A stretch of DNA of 54,491 nucleotides, from positions 1 to 54,491 of the forward strand of contig JAZODH010000075.1 in the NCBI GenBank assembly GCA_045596925.1. Direction: 5' to 3'. The first letter of the stretch is position 1. The number at the start of each line of letters is the position of its first letter. The translations under genes were made by a program, and so were the position numbers. Origin of the DNA: Eubacteriales bacterium. GTDB lineage: Bacteria > Bacillota > Clostridia > Oscillospirales > CAG-272. The notes under the pieces are model-generated. The model was not told the origin of the DNA. It searched no databases and worked only from the letters and a program-made list of their open reading frames with translations. Positions 1-9,637 of the stretch are shown one piece after another.

Positions 1-104
1 ACCAGGCATTCCTCACCGCCGAAGCGCTTAAAAACATCGCCGACGTGACTGTCTCAAATCTTCTCGCCCTCGGGCGAGGCGGTGAATGCGAAAACGAATT
101 ATAA
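1..104 (+). CDS. 3' end of a D-isomer 2-hydroxyacid (D-lactate) dehydrogenase, truncated by window edge
   Basis: Frame 3 reads QAFLTAEALKNIADVTVSNL...ENEL*, matching the HQAFLT-EAL-NIA C-terminal motif of LdhA-type enzymes. Confidence 0.75.
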   Translation, partial: QAFLTAEALKNIADVTVSNLLALGRGGECENEL

Positions 105-140
105 AAATATCGGGGCTCTGCAAAAAGCCCCGATATTTTT
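104..140. terminator. Bidirectional intrinsic terminator
   Basis: AAAATATCGGGGCT...AGCCCCGATATTTT hairpin between convergent genes. Confidence 0.8.
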
Positions 141-142
141 GG

Positions 143-1237
143 TTACACATTGAATCTGAAAAGAACGATGTCTCCGTCGGTGATGACGTATTCCTTTCCT
201 TCGCTTCGCATGAGTCCCTGTTCCTTTGCGGCGTTGACGCTTCCGCATTTCATCATATCGTCAAAGGAAACGATCTCGGCACGGATAAATCCTCTTTCAA
301 AGTCGCTGTGGATCTTTCCTGCCGCCTGGGGTGCTTTGGTGCCCTTGACTATAGTCCATGCACGAACTTCCTTTGGTCCTGCAGTCAGGTAGCTGATAAG
401 TCCCAGCAGGGAATAGCTCTTCTTGATAAGGCGGTCAAGACCGCTCTCGGCGATGCCAAGCTCCTCGAGGAACATAGCTTTTTCGTCGTCCGAAAGCTCT
501 GCGATCTCTGCCTCAATGCCTGCGCAGATGGCAATGACCTCTGCGTTTTCGCTTGCCGCGTGAGTCTTCAGGCTCTGGTACATTATATTGTCAACAGGCT
601 CGCTGCCCGCCTCGTCCTCACTTACGTTTGCAACGTAAATGATAGGCTTCATGGTCAGCAGATTTGCCTCGGAGATCATGGCAAGCTCGTCGGCAGTAAG
701 GTCAAGGGTTCTTGCGCATTTACCTGCTTCAAGAGCTGCGTAAACCCGCTCAAGCACTTCAAGCTCGGTGGCCAGTGACTTGTCGCCTTTCATAGCTTTC
801 TTGACTCTGTCCATTCTTCTCTCAAGGATCTCCATGTCCGAGAAGATAAGCTCAAGATTTATGGTCTCAAGATCGCGCATGGCGTCGATGGAGCCGTCAA
901 CGTGAATGATGTTGTCGTCGGAAAAGCAACGGATAACGTGCAGGATAGCGTCTACCTCGCGAATGTGGGAAAGGAACTTGTTTCCCAGACCCTCACCCTT
1001 GGACGCGCCTTTAACCAGACCCGCGATGTCAACAAATTCGATAACTGCGGGGGTGTACTTTTCGGGGTTATACATTTCTGCCAGAACGTCCATTCTCTTG
1101 TCGGGCACGGCGACCACGCCTACGTTTGGCTCAATGGTGCAGAAGGGGTAGTTTGCAGATTCTGCTCCTGCGTTCGTCAGGGCGTTGAAAAGCGTACTTT
1201 TTCCCACGTTGGGAAGTCCGACTATACCAAGTTTCAT
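143..1237 (-). CDS. ychF: Redox-regulated ribosome-binding ATPase YchF
   Basis: [29 protein letters not shown] motifs and C-terminal TGS domain. Confidence 0.98.
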   Translation of the reverse strand: MKLGIVGLPNVGKSTLFNALTNAGAESANYPFCTIEPNVGVVAVPDKRMDVLAEMYNPEKYTPAVIEFVDIAGLVKGASKGEGLGNKFLSHIREVDAILHVIRCFSDDNIIHVDGSIDAMRDLETINLELIFSDMEILERRMDRVKKAMKGDKSLATELEVLERVYAALEAGKCARTLDLTADELAMISEANLLTMKPIIYVANVSEDEAGSEPVDNIMYQSLKTHAASENAEVIAICAGIEAEIAELSDDEKAMFLEELGIAESGLDRLIKKSYSLLGLISYLTAGPKEVRAWTIVKGTKAPQAAGKIHSDFERGFIRAEIVSFDDMMKCGSVNAAKEQGLMRSEGKEYVITDGDIVLFRFNV

Positions 1238-1624
1238 TTTTGTGTCTCCTTTATCGGTCAGGCGCGCTGTGGCGCATAATAATTCATTTTAATTATAACA
1301 CATAATTTCCTTTTTCTCAATAGGAAACGAAAAATTATTTAAAAAAGGCAAATTGTTGAATTTGGGTTTACAAATGACGTGTATAATGTAATAAAATGGA
1401 TAAAATTTCAAGAGTTTTCTCATGATTCTTAAAAATATTTACATTTTTATAAAAAAGTATTTGATTTTTGCGAAAAATGTGATATAATATTAAACACAAT
1501 GTTATGAAAAACACACTATTTTATAAATCATTTGAGAAAATTCGAGAAAAATTCATATTTCAATCACTTGATTTTCCCATAATTAATGTAAAATCAAGGC
1601 GAAAGTAAAAGGAGGATATCACTT

Positions 1625-2317
1625 ATGATGGACACAAAGATTTTGCTTATAGATGACGATCCCAATATATGCGATCTCATAAAGATATACCTTGAAAACG
1701 AGGGCTACGACGTAAAAGTGGCTTCCGACGGCGTGGAGGGTCTTACATATTTCAAGATGTACGAGCCCGACCTGGTCCTGCTTGACATTATGCTCCCCAA
1801 AAAGGACGGTTGGCAGGTCTGCCGCGAGATCCGAGAGCAGTCCTCAAAGCCTATTATCATGGTTACGGCGAAAAACGAGGTCTTTGACAAGGTGTTGGGA
1901 CTTGAGCTTGGTGCGGACGATTTCGTTACAAAGCCCTTTAACATCAAGGAGCTTTCCGCAAGAGTCAAGGCGGTGCTTCGCCGCTGCAATACCCGCAGCA
2001 CTCAGAGCGACGATGACGTGGTGAAATTCCACAACATTGAGATCAGCTTGCAGAAATATGAGCTGAAGCTCTGCGGCAAGTCTGTTGACGTGCCTCCCAA
2101 GGAGCTGGAGCTTCTCTATTTCCTGGCGTCAAACTCCAACCACGTATTTACACGCGATCAGTTGCTCGATAAAGTCTGGGGATTTGACTATCTGGGCGAT
2201 TCCAGAACGGTCGACGTTCACGTAAAGAGGCTCAGAGAAAAGCTTGAGGGGGTTTCAAGTAAGTGGACCCTAAAGACCGTTTGGGGCGTCGGTTACAAGT
2301 TCGAGATCTTAGGATAA
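1625..2317 (+). CDS. OmpR/PhoB-family response regulator
   Basis: Receiver domain (IDDD, LLDIMLP, KPF) plus winged helix (RTVDVHVKRLR, VWGVGY); AGGAGG RBS. Confidence 0.95.
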   Translation: MMDTKILLIDDDPNICDLIKIYLENEGYDVKVASDGVEGLTYFKMYEPDLVLLDIMLPKKDGWQVCREIREQSSKPIIMVTAKNEVFDKVLGLELGADDFVTKPFNIKELSARVKAVLRRCNTRSTQSDDDVVKFHNIEISLQKYELKLCGKSVDVPPKELELLYFLASNSNHVFTRDQLLDKVWGFDYLGDSRTVDVHVKRLREKLEGVSSKWTLKTVWGVGYKFEILG

Positions 2318-2374
2318 TATAGGGTGCCGATGCGGTTCGCTCTGCATTGGCACTTCTTATAGAAGGTATGGAAT

Positions 2375-3619
2375 ATGGAAGAAAATAAGTTTGAAAATAT
2401 TCAGGAGCAGCCGCAAGAGCAGTCTATCGAGACCGCGCCGTCCGAGACGGCAGCTCCCCAAGAGCAAAAGGTGAAATTCAACTGGGATTACAGCGCCCAG
2501 GACGAATACAACAAGAAAAAACAAAGGCGAGAAAGCCGCTGGGGGACTGCTGTTTACGCGTTGACCGCTCTGCTGGTGTTCGCACTGGGCTTTGCGGGTA
2601 TCGGCGCGGTGGCTCTCCTTGACAGCTATACCCACATAACTCAGACCATTGAAAGGGAAAACGTGGTCTACATCAGAGAGACCGACAGCGATATGCTGTC
2701 GGTTGCCGAGATCTCGGGGCTTGTAAAGCCCTCGGTGGTGGTAATTGAGTGTATGGGTGAATCGGACAGCTCGGCAGGTTCGGGATTTATCATCAGCGAG
2801 GACGGGTACATTGCCACTAATTACCACGTTATAGCAAAATCCAAGGTGGTGAAGGTCACCCTGTTCAGCGGTGACGAATATGATGCCACGGTGGTGGGAT
2901 CGGACGCGCTCAGCGATCTGGCACTCCTGAAGATCAAGGCAGACGGACTCACTCCCGTGAAGATCGGAGACTCCGACAATCTGGTGGTGGGAGAATACGT
3001 TATAGCCGTGGGCAATCCCTCCGGCGTGGATTACAAATTTACGGTCACAGACGGCATAATTTCCGCGCTTGGCCGAAAGGTCGAGTTCACCAATGAAAGC
3101 GGAACTCCCGAAAAGGCTATGACCCTCATACAGACCAACGCCGATCTGAACCACGGAAACAGCGGAGGACCGCTGGTAAATTCAAGAGGAGAAGTCATCG
3201 GTGTTAACGTCAGCCGACTTGAGAGCGGTTATACGGGCGTGGGCTTTTCGATTCCAATAAACGAGGCGATGGAGCTTTTGAACGAGATCAAGACCACGGG
3301 AGAGGATATCGTGCGGAATTCCACCCCCGTTGCGGTGCGCAAGGCGGTGCTGGGAATCACGGGAAAGACCGTTTCGTCAAAGGCCGGATATGCCGTTGAC
3401 GGCGTGCTGGTCGATACGACCGACGAGAAATACGATGCCTATGCAAAGGGCGTGCGCTCGGGCGATATTATCGTGGGCATCAACGGCAAGGCCGTGGACG
3501 ATATCATGGACATAAAGAGCGAGATTGAAAAGCTGACGGCGGACGACAGCGTGACGCTGAAGATCTACCGTGACGGCGAGTATATCGAGATCACGGCTCG
3601 GCTGGGATTCACCAAATAA
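2375..3619 (+). CDS. htrA: Membrane-anchored HtrA-type trypsin-like serine protease with PDZ domain
   Basis: N-terminal TM helix, TNYHV, DLALLK and GNSGGPL catalytic motifs, C-terminal PDZ. Confidence 0.92.
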   Translation: MEENKFENIQEQPQEQSIETAPSETAAPQEQKVKFNWDYSAQDEYNKKKQRRESRWGTAVYALTALLVFALGFAGIGAVALLDSYTHITQTIERENVVYIRETDSDMLSVAEISGLVKPSVVVIECMGESDSSAGSGFIISEDGYIATNYHVIAKSKVVKVTLFSGDEYDATVVGSDALSDLALLKIKADGLTPVKIGDSDNLVVGEYVIAVGNPSGVDYKFTVTDGIISALGRKVEFTNESGTPEKAMTLIQTNADLNHGNSGGPLVNSRGEVIGVNVSRLESGYTGVGFSIPINEAMELLNEIKTTGEDIVRNSTPVAVRKAVLGITGKTVSSKAGYAVDGVLVDTTDEKYDAYAKGVRSGDIIVGINGKAVDDIMDIKSEIEKLTADDSVTLKIYRDGEYIEITARLGFTK

Positions 3620-3621
3620 AT

Positions 3622-3649
3622 AAAAGCGATGGTTTCGACCATCGCTTTT
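3622..3649. terminator. Bidirectional intrinsic terminator
   Basis: AAAAGCGATGGT-TTCG-ACCATCGCTTTT. Confidence 0.8.
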
Positions 3650-4170
3650 ATTTATTTGAGTTTCTGAGGGACGCGGGAGTGCAACCGCGCTTTTTCTTGA
3701 AAACGCTGATGAAATAGGACGGGGAAGAGAAGCCGGAGATCCGGGATATTTCCTTTACCGACAGGTCAGACGTCTTCACCAAATTTTCGGCGTAGCTTAT
3801 ACGCTTGTTTTGCAGATATTCCGTAAAGCTCATGCCGGTTTCCGCGGTAAAAAGCGAGCCTAAATAGTTGGGGGAATATCCGATCTCCGTCGCAACCGAG
3901 GCAATGCCGATATTTTGGCCAAAGTCTCGTTGCACTATGTCCATGGCGCGCCTGACCGCGCAGTTGTAGAGTTTGGAATTTTCAAGAGAATCTTTGTTTT
4001 GGCGGATAAGCGCGCGGCAGAAGATGATGAGCACCTTTCCAAAGCATTCAAGCTTTATATCGGACGAAAATCGGTCGTTTGAGTCGGATTCCCCGATTAT
4101 CTTCTCAAGCTCACAGACCACCTGATCGGCTTCCTCCCAAGACAGCGTCACCTCGGCCGGGGCATTGCGT
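3648..4170 (-). pseudogene. 5'-truncated AraC-family regulator
   Basis: Intact AraC HTH (GYSPNYLGSLF, GFSSPSYF) but no N-terminal sensor domain or RBS; the frame hits a stop just upstream at the junction with the GH2 remnant. Confidence 0.75.
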
Positions 4171-5742
4171 TATGACGTTGTTGTTACTCTTAAATATAAG
4201 GGCGATGTGGTGGACGAATACCGCTATCGCATGGGCCTGCGGACGGTGGAGCTTCGTCGCACCGACCTTGCCTCCGACCCTGATGCCCATTTTTATTTTG
4301 TTGTCAATGGCAAGAGGATAATCACCTACGGCACTAACTGGGTACCTGCCGACGCACTCCATTCCTTTGATAAAAAGCGTATCGGGAAGATACTTCCCAT
4401 GCTGTCGGAGCTGGGCTGCAACATTGTGCGTATGTGGGGTGGAAACGTCTACGAGGACCACGAATTCTACGACTACTGCGATGAAAACGGAATCCTGATC
4501 TGGCAGGATTTTTGCATGGCCTGCGGACTTTATCCCCAGGACGAGGATTTTCAAAATCGCCTCTTTGAAGAAGCGTCTGCGGTCGTAAAGAAGCTGAGAA
4601 ACCACGTTTCGATCGCTCTTTGGGCGGGTGACAACGAGTGTGACGAGGCATATTTCTGGGGCGGCAAGCCACTTCAGGGAATGACCCCCTCGGACAATGC
4701 ACTCACTCGTAAGATCATTCCAAAGGTGCTGAGGTTACATGATCCCTCCCGCCCGTTTTTGCCCTCGTCTCCGTATCTGAGCGACGTGCTCTTGAAGACG
4801 GGAAACCGTTGGGACGCCGCCGAGGCGCATCTTTGGGGACCCCGCGATTATTTCAAGGGCGAATACTATCGTGATTCCAAGGCCTGTTACGCAAGTGAGA
4901 TCGGTTATCACGGCTGTCCTTCTCCCGATTCGCTGAAGAAGTTCATTGCCGCCGATCAGCTCTGGCATTGGGCGCGGGATGGCGAAAAAGCGGGCGAGGA
5001 CGGTCAGTGGGAAAAGCAGGGCACGTGGGCAAAGACCGATTGGGTGGCCCACGCAACTGCCTTTGACTTTGACATCCCCGACTGCTGGGAGAAATACCGC
5101 ATACCTCTGATGGCAAATCAGGTTATAATCCTTTTCGGGAAAGAGTCGGACAATCTCGAGGATTTTGCACGCGCAAGTCAGATATCCCAAGCTGAGGCGA
5201 AGAAATATTTTATAGAGCGCTTCCGTTATGACCGTGAAAGCAAGGGAGGTCTGATCTGGTGGAATCTTGTTGACGGCTGGCCGCAGATCTCCGATGCGGT
5301 GGTAGACTATTACGGCGCAAAAAAGCTGGCTTACTATTACATAAAGCGCTCCTAGCAGGCTCTTTGTCTTATGCTGCGCGAGCCCGTGGACGGGGTGCTG
5401 TCCCTTGCCTGTGTGAACGACAGCGGGGAGAAGCACATCACATACCGCATATCCGACGTTGAAAGCGGAGAAATTTTGAAGTGCGGCGAGGCTGTGGTCC
5501 CTTGCGAGAGCGTCACCGAGCTTGGCTCGATCGAAGCAAACGATAAAAAGCGTTTCCTGCTCCTTGAGTGGGAGACTGATGACGACGCAAAATTTGTAAA
5601 CCATTATTTTACGAATATACTTGACATCGACTACGGTTATTATGTAAAATGTATGCAGAAGGCGGGATTCTACGAGGAATTTGAGGGCTTTGAGGATCAG
5701 GCACAGAAAAGCGAGCCTCTGCCTTACGTTTTTGATTTTTGA
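4165..5742 (+). pseudogene. GH2 beta-mannosidase-like glycoside hydrolase, 5'-truncated, with internal TAG at 5353-5355
   Basis: GTNWVPAD, RMWGGN, WQDF, WAGDNE, SEIG motifs; starts mid-protein with no RBS; ORF 5371-5742 is the same reading frame after the TAG. Confidence 0.8.
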
Positions 5743-5748
5743 GGTAAA

Positions 5749-6025
5749 ATGTACTATATAGGAATTGATATAGGCGGCACCAAATGTGCCGCGAGTCTCG
5801 GATTTTCCGAGGGCGGGGATCTGAAGATCCTGCGCCGCGAGGAGTTTAAGACCGAGGGGAAGCCTGAAAGTGTTCTTGACAGATTCGCCGACCTCTGCCA
5901 CAGATTTACGACGGAACACGGCAAAGAAAATTTCGGCGGTATCGGTATCAGTGTCCGCAAGGCTTGGCGAGAATATCGGAGACTACGCGGCGCTTGCCCT
6001 TGCGGTGCAGGCGGGCGATAGATAG
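5749..6025 (+). pseudogene. ROK-family sugar kinase with large internal deletion and frameshift
   Basis: N-terminus IGIDIGGTK...GIGIS is joined out of frame to the ROK C-terminus ARLGENIGDYAALALA. Confidence 0.8.
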
Positions 6026-6038
6026 AAAGGAACTGAAT

Positions 6039-6698
6039 ATGAAAAGAATTTACTCAATGTATAAGGGCGGCGAGACCGACCTTGGCTACTACGTTTACCT
6101 TCCCAAGGATTTTGACATAAACAAAAAATACCCTCTTGTGACCTTCCTTCACGGCGCAGGAGAGCGCGGTGACGGCGGCGAGGAGACGTGCCGTCTTCTC
6201 ACAAAGAACGCACTGCCCCGATACGCACAGGAGGGAAAGGAATATCCGTTCATTCTCCTTTGTCCCCAGTGCCCCGAAAACATTGTTTGGAACAACATTG
6301 TTCTCTCGGTGAAAAAACTGATTGATATGGTGGTTAATGAATATAACGTCGATGCAGATCGGATTTGCTGCACGGGTATCAGCATGGGCGGATACGGAAC
6401 CTGGGAGATGGGAATAACCTATCCCGGATTTTTCTCCGCTATCGCTCCCGTTTGCGGCGGCGGATTCTCCTGGCGCACACCTGCGCTGAAGGATATGCCT
6501 GTATGGGCGTTCCACGGTGATGCGGACAACGTTGTGCCGATTATCAACTCTCAAATAATGGTGGACGGCGTTAACAATGCGGGCGGCAATGCCAAATTCA
6601 CCGTCTTCCCGGGTGTGTTCCACAACTCGTGGGATCCTGCGTATCTTGAAACAAACGTTGTAGAGTGGCTTTTGGAGCAAAAAAGGAAAATGTGTTGA
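6039..6698 (+). CDS. Alpha/beta-hydrolase (predicted esterase/peptidase)
   Basis: FLHGAGERG, GISMGG nucleophile elbow, FHGDAD and HNSW; ATG 6039 after AAGGA. Confidence 0.85.
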   Translation: MKRIYSMYKGGETDLGYYVYLPKDFDINKKYPLVTFLHGAGERGDGGEETCRLLTKNALPRYAQEGKEYPFILLCPQCPENIVWNNIVLSVKKLIDMVVNEYNVDADRICCTGISMGGYGTWEMGITYPGFFSAIAPVCGGGFSWRTPALKDMPVWAFHGDADNVVPIINSQIMVDGVNNAGGNAKFTVFPGVFHNSWDPAYLETNVVEWLLEQKRKMC

Positions 6699-6758
6699 CG
6701 GACGCAGATTCGATGAGGTCTGCTCAAATTCGTGTGTCGACAACATGATTCGGGTAAA

Positions 6759-6790
6759 CGAAAAACGACGGCGTTCAGCCGTCGTTTTCG
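6759..6790. terminator. Bidirectional terminator belonging to the AAAACGACGG repeat family
   Basis: AAAACGACGG-CGTTCAG-CCGTCGTTTT between convergent genes. Confidence 0.75.
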
Positions 6791-7033
6791 TTATATGCTC
6801 TTTATTTGCGCAATGCAAGTGTGACAAACCCTTTTGCCGCCGAAGAAGATCACGTCGTCCGCATTTCCGCAGAATATGCAGGATGGTTGGTATTTCATCA
6901 AAATTATTCTGTCCTCGTCGGTGAAAATCTCAATGGCGTCTTTTTCTTTGATGTCCATGGTCTTTCTGATCTCCATGGGAAGCACGATCCTGCCCAGTTC
7001 ATCTACTTTGCGAACGATTCCGGTTGATTTCAT
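6791..7033 (-). CDS. abrB: AbrB-family transition-state regulator
   Basis: MKSTGIVRKVDELGRIVLP and C-terminal CIFC...VCHTC. Confidence 0.93.
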   Translation of the reverse strand: MKSTGIVRKVDELGRIVLPMEIRKTMDIKEKDAIEIFTDEDRIILMKYQPSCIFCGNADDVIFFGGKRVCHTCIAQIKSI

Positions 7034-7100
7034 TTCCTTTACCTACCTTCCTTGATATTGTAATTATTTTGTGTATCTGTAAATTTCTTCCATTGTGATT

Positions 7101-7129
7101 ATTATATACTTTTTTGTTGTCGTTGTCAA
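7101..7129 (-). promoter_or_regulatory. Sigma-A promoter of abrB
   Basis: TTGACA-17 bp-TATAAT on the minus strand. Confidence 0.8.
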
Positions 7130-7340
7130 GTGTTTTTGCAATAAAAACACAATATTTTGTAAAATAATTTTATCTTTGCACGATATGTTGTGTCGAATTA
7201 TGGCGGAACTTCTGTCAAAAAGTCGGTTTTGACCTATGAAAACGAAATTGGTCGAGAAAAGGGGATTGCTCTTTTTTTCGGTGGCGAATATTCGTGTGAA
7301 AAGAGGTCGAAAATCTATGAAAGAAAAAGGAGGTGAGCAG

Positions 7341-7607
7341 ATGCTAAAGGGCTGTCAGAAGCAGGTGGTGGTCCTGCGAGGGAAGTGCGGAGACATTTTC
7401 GAGGAGGCATATTTTATTTTGCGGTCAGGTACGTCGAAGGCGGGACTGCCCGAAATGCTCTGCGAAGCAAATCGTATAGTGGAGGCTACCAAGCCCTGTC
7501 CCCAAAAGCGAAGAAGCCTGGCGCCTCACGTAAAAAGCTTTATATTTTTTGCGGCAGGACTTGCCGTGGGTGCTTCTCTTGTGCTGCTCTCGGTATCCCT
7601 TGCTTGA
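7341..7607 (+). CDS. Small hypothetical protein with C-terminal TM helix
   Basis: GGAGGTG RBS before ATG 7341; MLKGCQKQVVVL...FEEAYFIL; hydrophobic C-terminus. Confidence 0.7.
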   Translation: MLKGCQKQVVVLRGKCGDIFEEAYFILRSGTSKAGLPEMLCEANRIVEATKPCPQKRRSLAPHVKSFIFFAAGLAVGASLVLLSVSLA

Positions 7608-7632
7608 CAAGATCGGTAAAATGTGGTATAAT
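7604..7632 (+). promoter_or_regulatory. Sigma-A promoter upstream of rnj
   Basis: TTGACA-17 bp-TATAAT with extended TG. Confidence 0.8.
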
Positions 7633-7815
7633 ACCCGAGATGGGTTTATCCCGCTTGACCGTTTGCGCCGTTTCAGGCGCGTTTTCAAATCGAATCTGAA
7701 ACCTTTAGTCCCCTCGTCGGGTCGTGTGACGGGTATGGCAAAGGTTACTTTTTTCACGCTTATTTACATATTGTATTAGAGATGCGGTTGCATCGGAAAG
7801 GAAATTACGGAATAT

Positions 7816-9489
7816 ATGGCAAAAAAGCCTACGGGCAAAATTAAAATCATTCCCCTTGGCGGTCTGAGTGAGATCGGAAAGAACATGACCGTCATCGAGT
7901 ACGAGGAGGACATGATCGTTATCGATTGCGGTCTGGGCTTCCCCGATGAGGAAATGCTGGGCATCGACCTGGTCATTCCCGACATGACTTACCTTGAGAA
8001 GAACGCCGACAGAATAAAGGGCGTTTTCCTGACCCACGGTCACGAGGACCACATAGGAGCTATCCCTTATATGCTCAGAAGTATAAATCCTCCTATTTAC
8101 GGAACGAAGCTGACTCTGGGTATTATCAAAAACAAGCTGGAGGAGTTCCGTCTCCCCGAAAAACCCAAGCTGAAAACGGTCAAGGCAGGGGACACGATCA
8201 AGGCAGGGCAGATGAGCGTTGAGTTTATTCACGTGAATCACTCTATTGCCGACGCTTGCTGTCTTGCTGTCAACACACCGCTGGGAACGCTCCTGCACAC
8301 GGGCGATTTTAAGCTCGATCTTACGCCTATCGACGGGGATATGATGAACCTGACCCGCCTGGGTGAGCTTGGCAAGAAGGGCGTGCTTGCACTTCTGTGC
8401 GAGTCCACCAACGCAGAGCGCCCCGGTATGACGCCCTCCGAGAAAAAGGTTGGCGAGTCCCTTGATTACATCTTCTCTACCAATAGCGACAAGAGACTTG
8501 TTATCGCCACCTTCTCTTCAAACGTTCACCGCGTTCAGCAGATAATCGATATTTCCGCAAAGCACGGACGAAAGGTGGCGATCACGGGACGCAGTATGCT
8601 CAACATCGTGGGCGCTGCCACTGAGCTTGGCTATATGAACGTGCCAAAGGGGCTTCTGATCGATATTGGCGAGCTGAAGCGCTTCAAGCCCGAGGAGATC
8701 ACCCTTATCACCACGGGAAGCCAGGGCGAGCCTATGTCCGCTCTCTATCGAATGGCATTTTCCGACCACGACAAGGTAAAGCTTGGTGCAAAGGATCTTG
8801 TTATCCTGTCCTCCAGCGCGATCCCCGGAAACGAAAAGCTCATTGGCAAGATCATAAACGAGCTGACCAAAAACGGCATCAGCGTTCTTCACGATGCGGT
8901 GGTCGAGGTCCACGTTTCGGGTCACGCCTGCCAGGAGGAGCTGAAGCTCATGCAGGGCTTGACAAGACCCAAGTATTTCATGCCTATCCACGGCGAGCAC
9001 AGACATCTTGCGGCGAACTGTGAGCTGGCAAAGTCTATGGGCATTCCCGCAAACAACATCTTCATTTCGGAGATCGGTAAAGTGCTTGAGATCGACGCCA
9101 AGGGCGCAAGATGGGCGGGCACCGTTCCTGCGGGCAAGGTGCTGGTTGACGGATTTGGCGTAGGTGACGTCGGCAACATCGTTCTCCGCGACCGCAGACA
9201 TCTTTCACAGGACGGCCTTATCGTTGTGGTTGCCACCATCGACGAGGCTGACAGGCTCATTATCTCGGGTCCCGACATCGTCTCCCGCGGTTTCGTTTAC
9301 GTCCGCGAGTCGGAGGCGCTGATGGATGAGATAAAAGAGGTGGCTGTAAGCTCTATCTGCGAGAGTCTGAACGCGCGGCATTACGATAGAATGCAACTCA
9401 AAACCAAGGTCAAGGACGATCTCTCAAAATACCTTTATTCCAAAACCAAGCGCAAGCCCATGGTTCTTCCCATTATAATGAATGTATAA
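7816..9489 (+). CDS. rnj: Ribonuclease J
   Basis: PLGGLSEIGKN, THGHEDHIG, HTGDFK, HVSGHA, PIHGE. Confidence 0.97.
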   Translation: MAKKPTGKIKIIPLGGLSEIGKNMTVIEYEEDMIVIDCGLGFPDEEMLGIDLVIPDMTYLEKNADRIKGVFLTHGHEDHIGAIPYMLRSINPPIYGTKLTLGIIKNKLEEFRLPEKPKLKTVKAGDTIKAGQMSVEFIHVNHSIADACCLAVNTPLGTLLHTGDFKLDLTPIDGDMMNLTRLGELGKKGVLALLCESTNAERPGMTPSEKKVGESLDYIFSTNSDKRLVIATFSSNVHRVQQIIDISAKHGRKVAITGRSMLNIVGAATELGYMNVPKGLLIDIGELKRFKPEEITLITTGSQGEPMSALYRMAFSDHDKVKLGAKDLVILSSSAIPGNEKLIGKIINELTKNGISVLHDAVVEVHVSGHACQEELKLMQGLTRPKYFMPIHGEHRHLAANCELAKSMGIPANNIFISEIGKVLEIDAKGARWAGTVPAGKVLVDGFGVGDVGNIVLRDRRHLSQDGLIVVVATIDEADRLIISGPDIVSRGFVYVRESEALMDEIKEVAVSSICESLNARHYDRMQLKTKVKDDLSKYLYSKTKRKPMVLPIIMNV

Positions 9490-9637
9490 TTTTTGAACGC
9501 ACTGTGTAGAAAATGCGAAAAAATTCAGCGTGTGTTCAAAAACCCTTCATGAAATAATCATGAGTTAAAGGTATAATATATAAGATATATCCTCGACAGG
9601 ACATAAAGAAAATTAAAAAACAAGGCGGTACCCTAAA

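Noticed and set aside
5353-5355. Genome-wide TAG-to-Gln recoding
   Set aside because: No other gene in the window has an in-frame TAG, and the locus carries other inactivating lesions; kept only as a low-interest check.
5964-6038. N-terminal extension of the esterase ORF
   Set aside because: Overlaps the ROK remnant; the RBS supports ATG 6039.
6791-7033. abrB as the missing 5' half of spoVT
   Set aside because: It is a complete AbrB with its own Cys-containing C-terminus, and it lies on the wrong side of the element.
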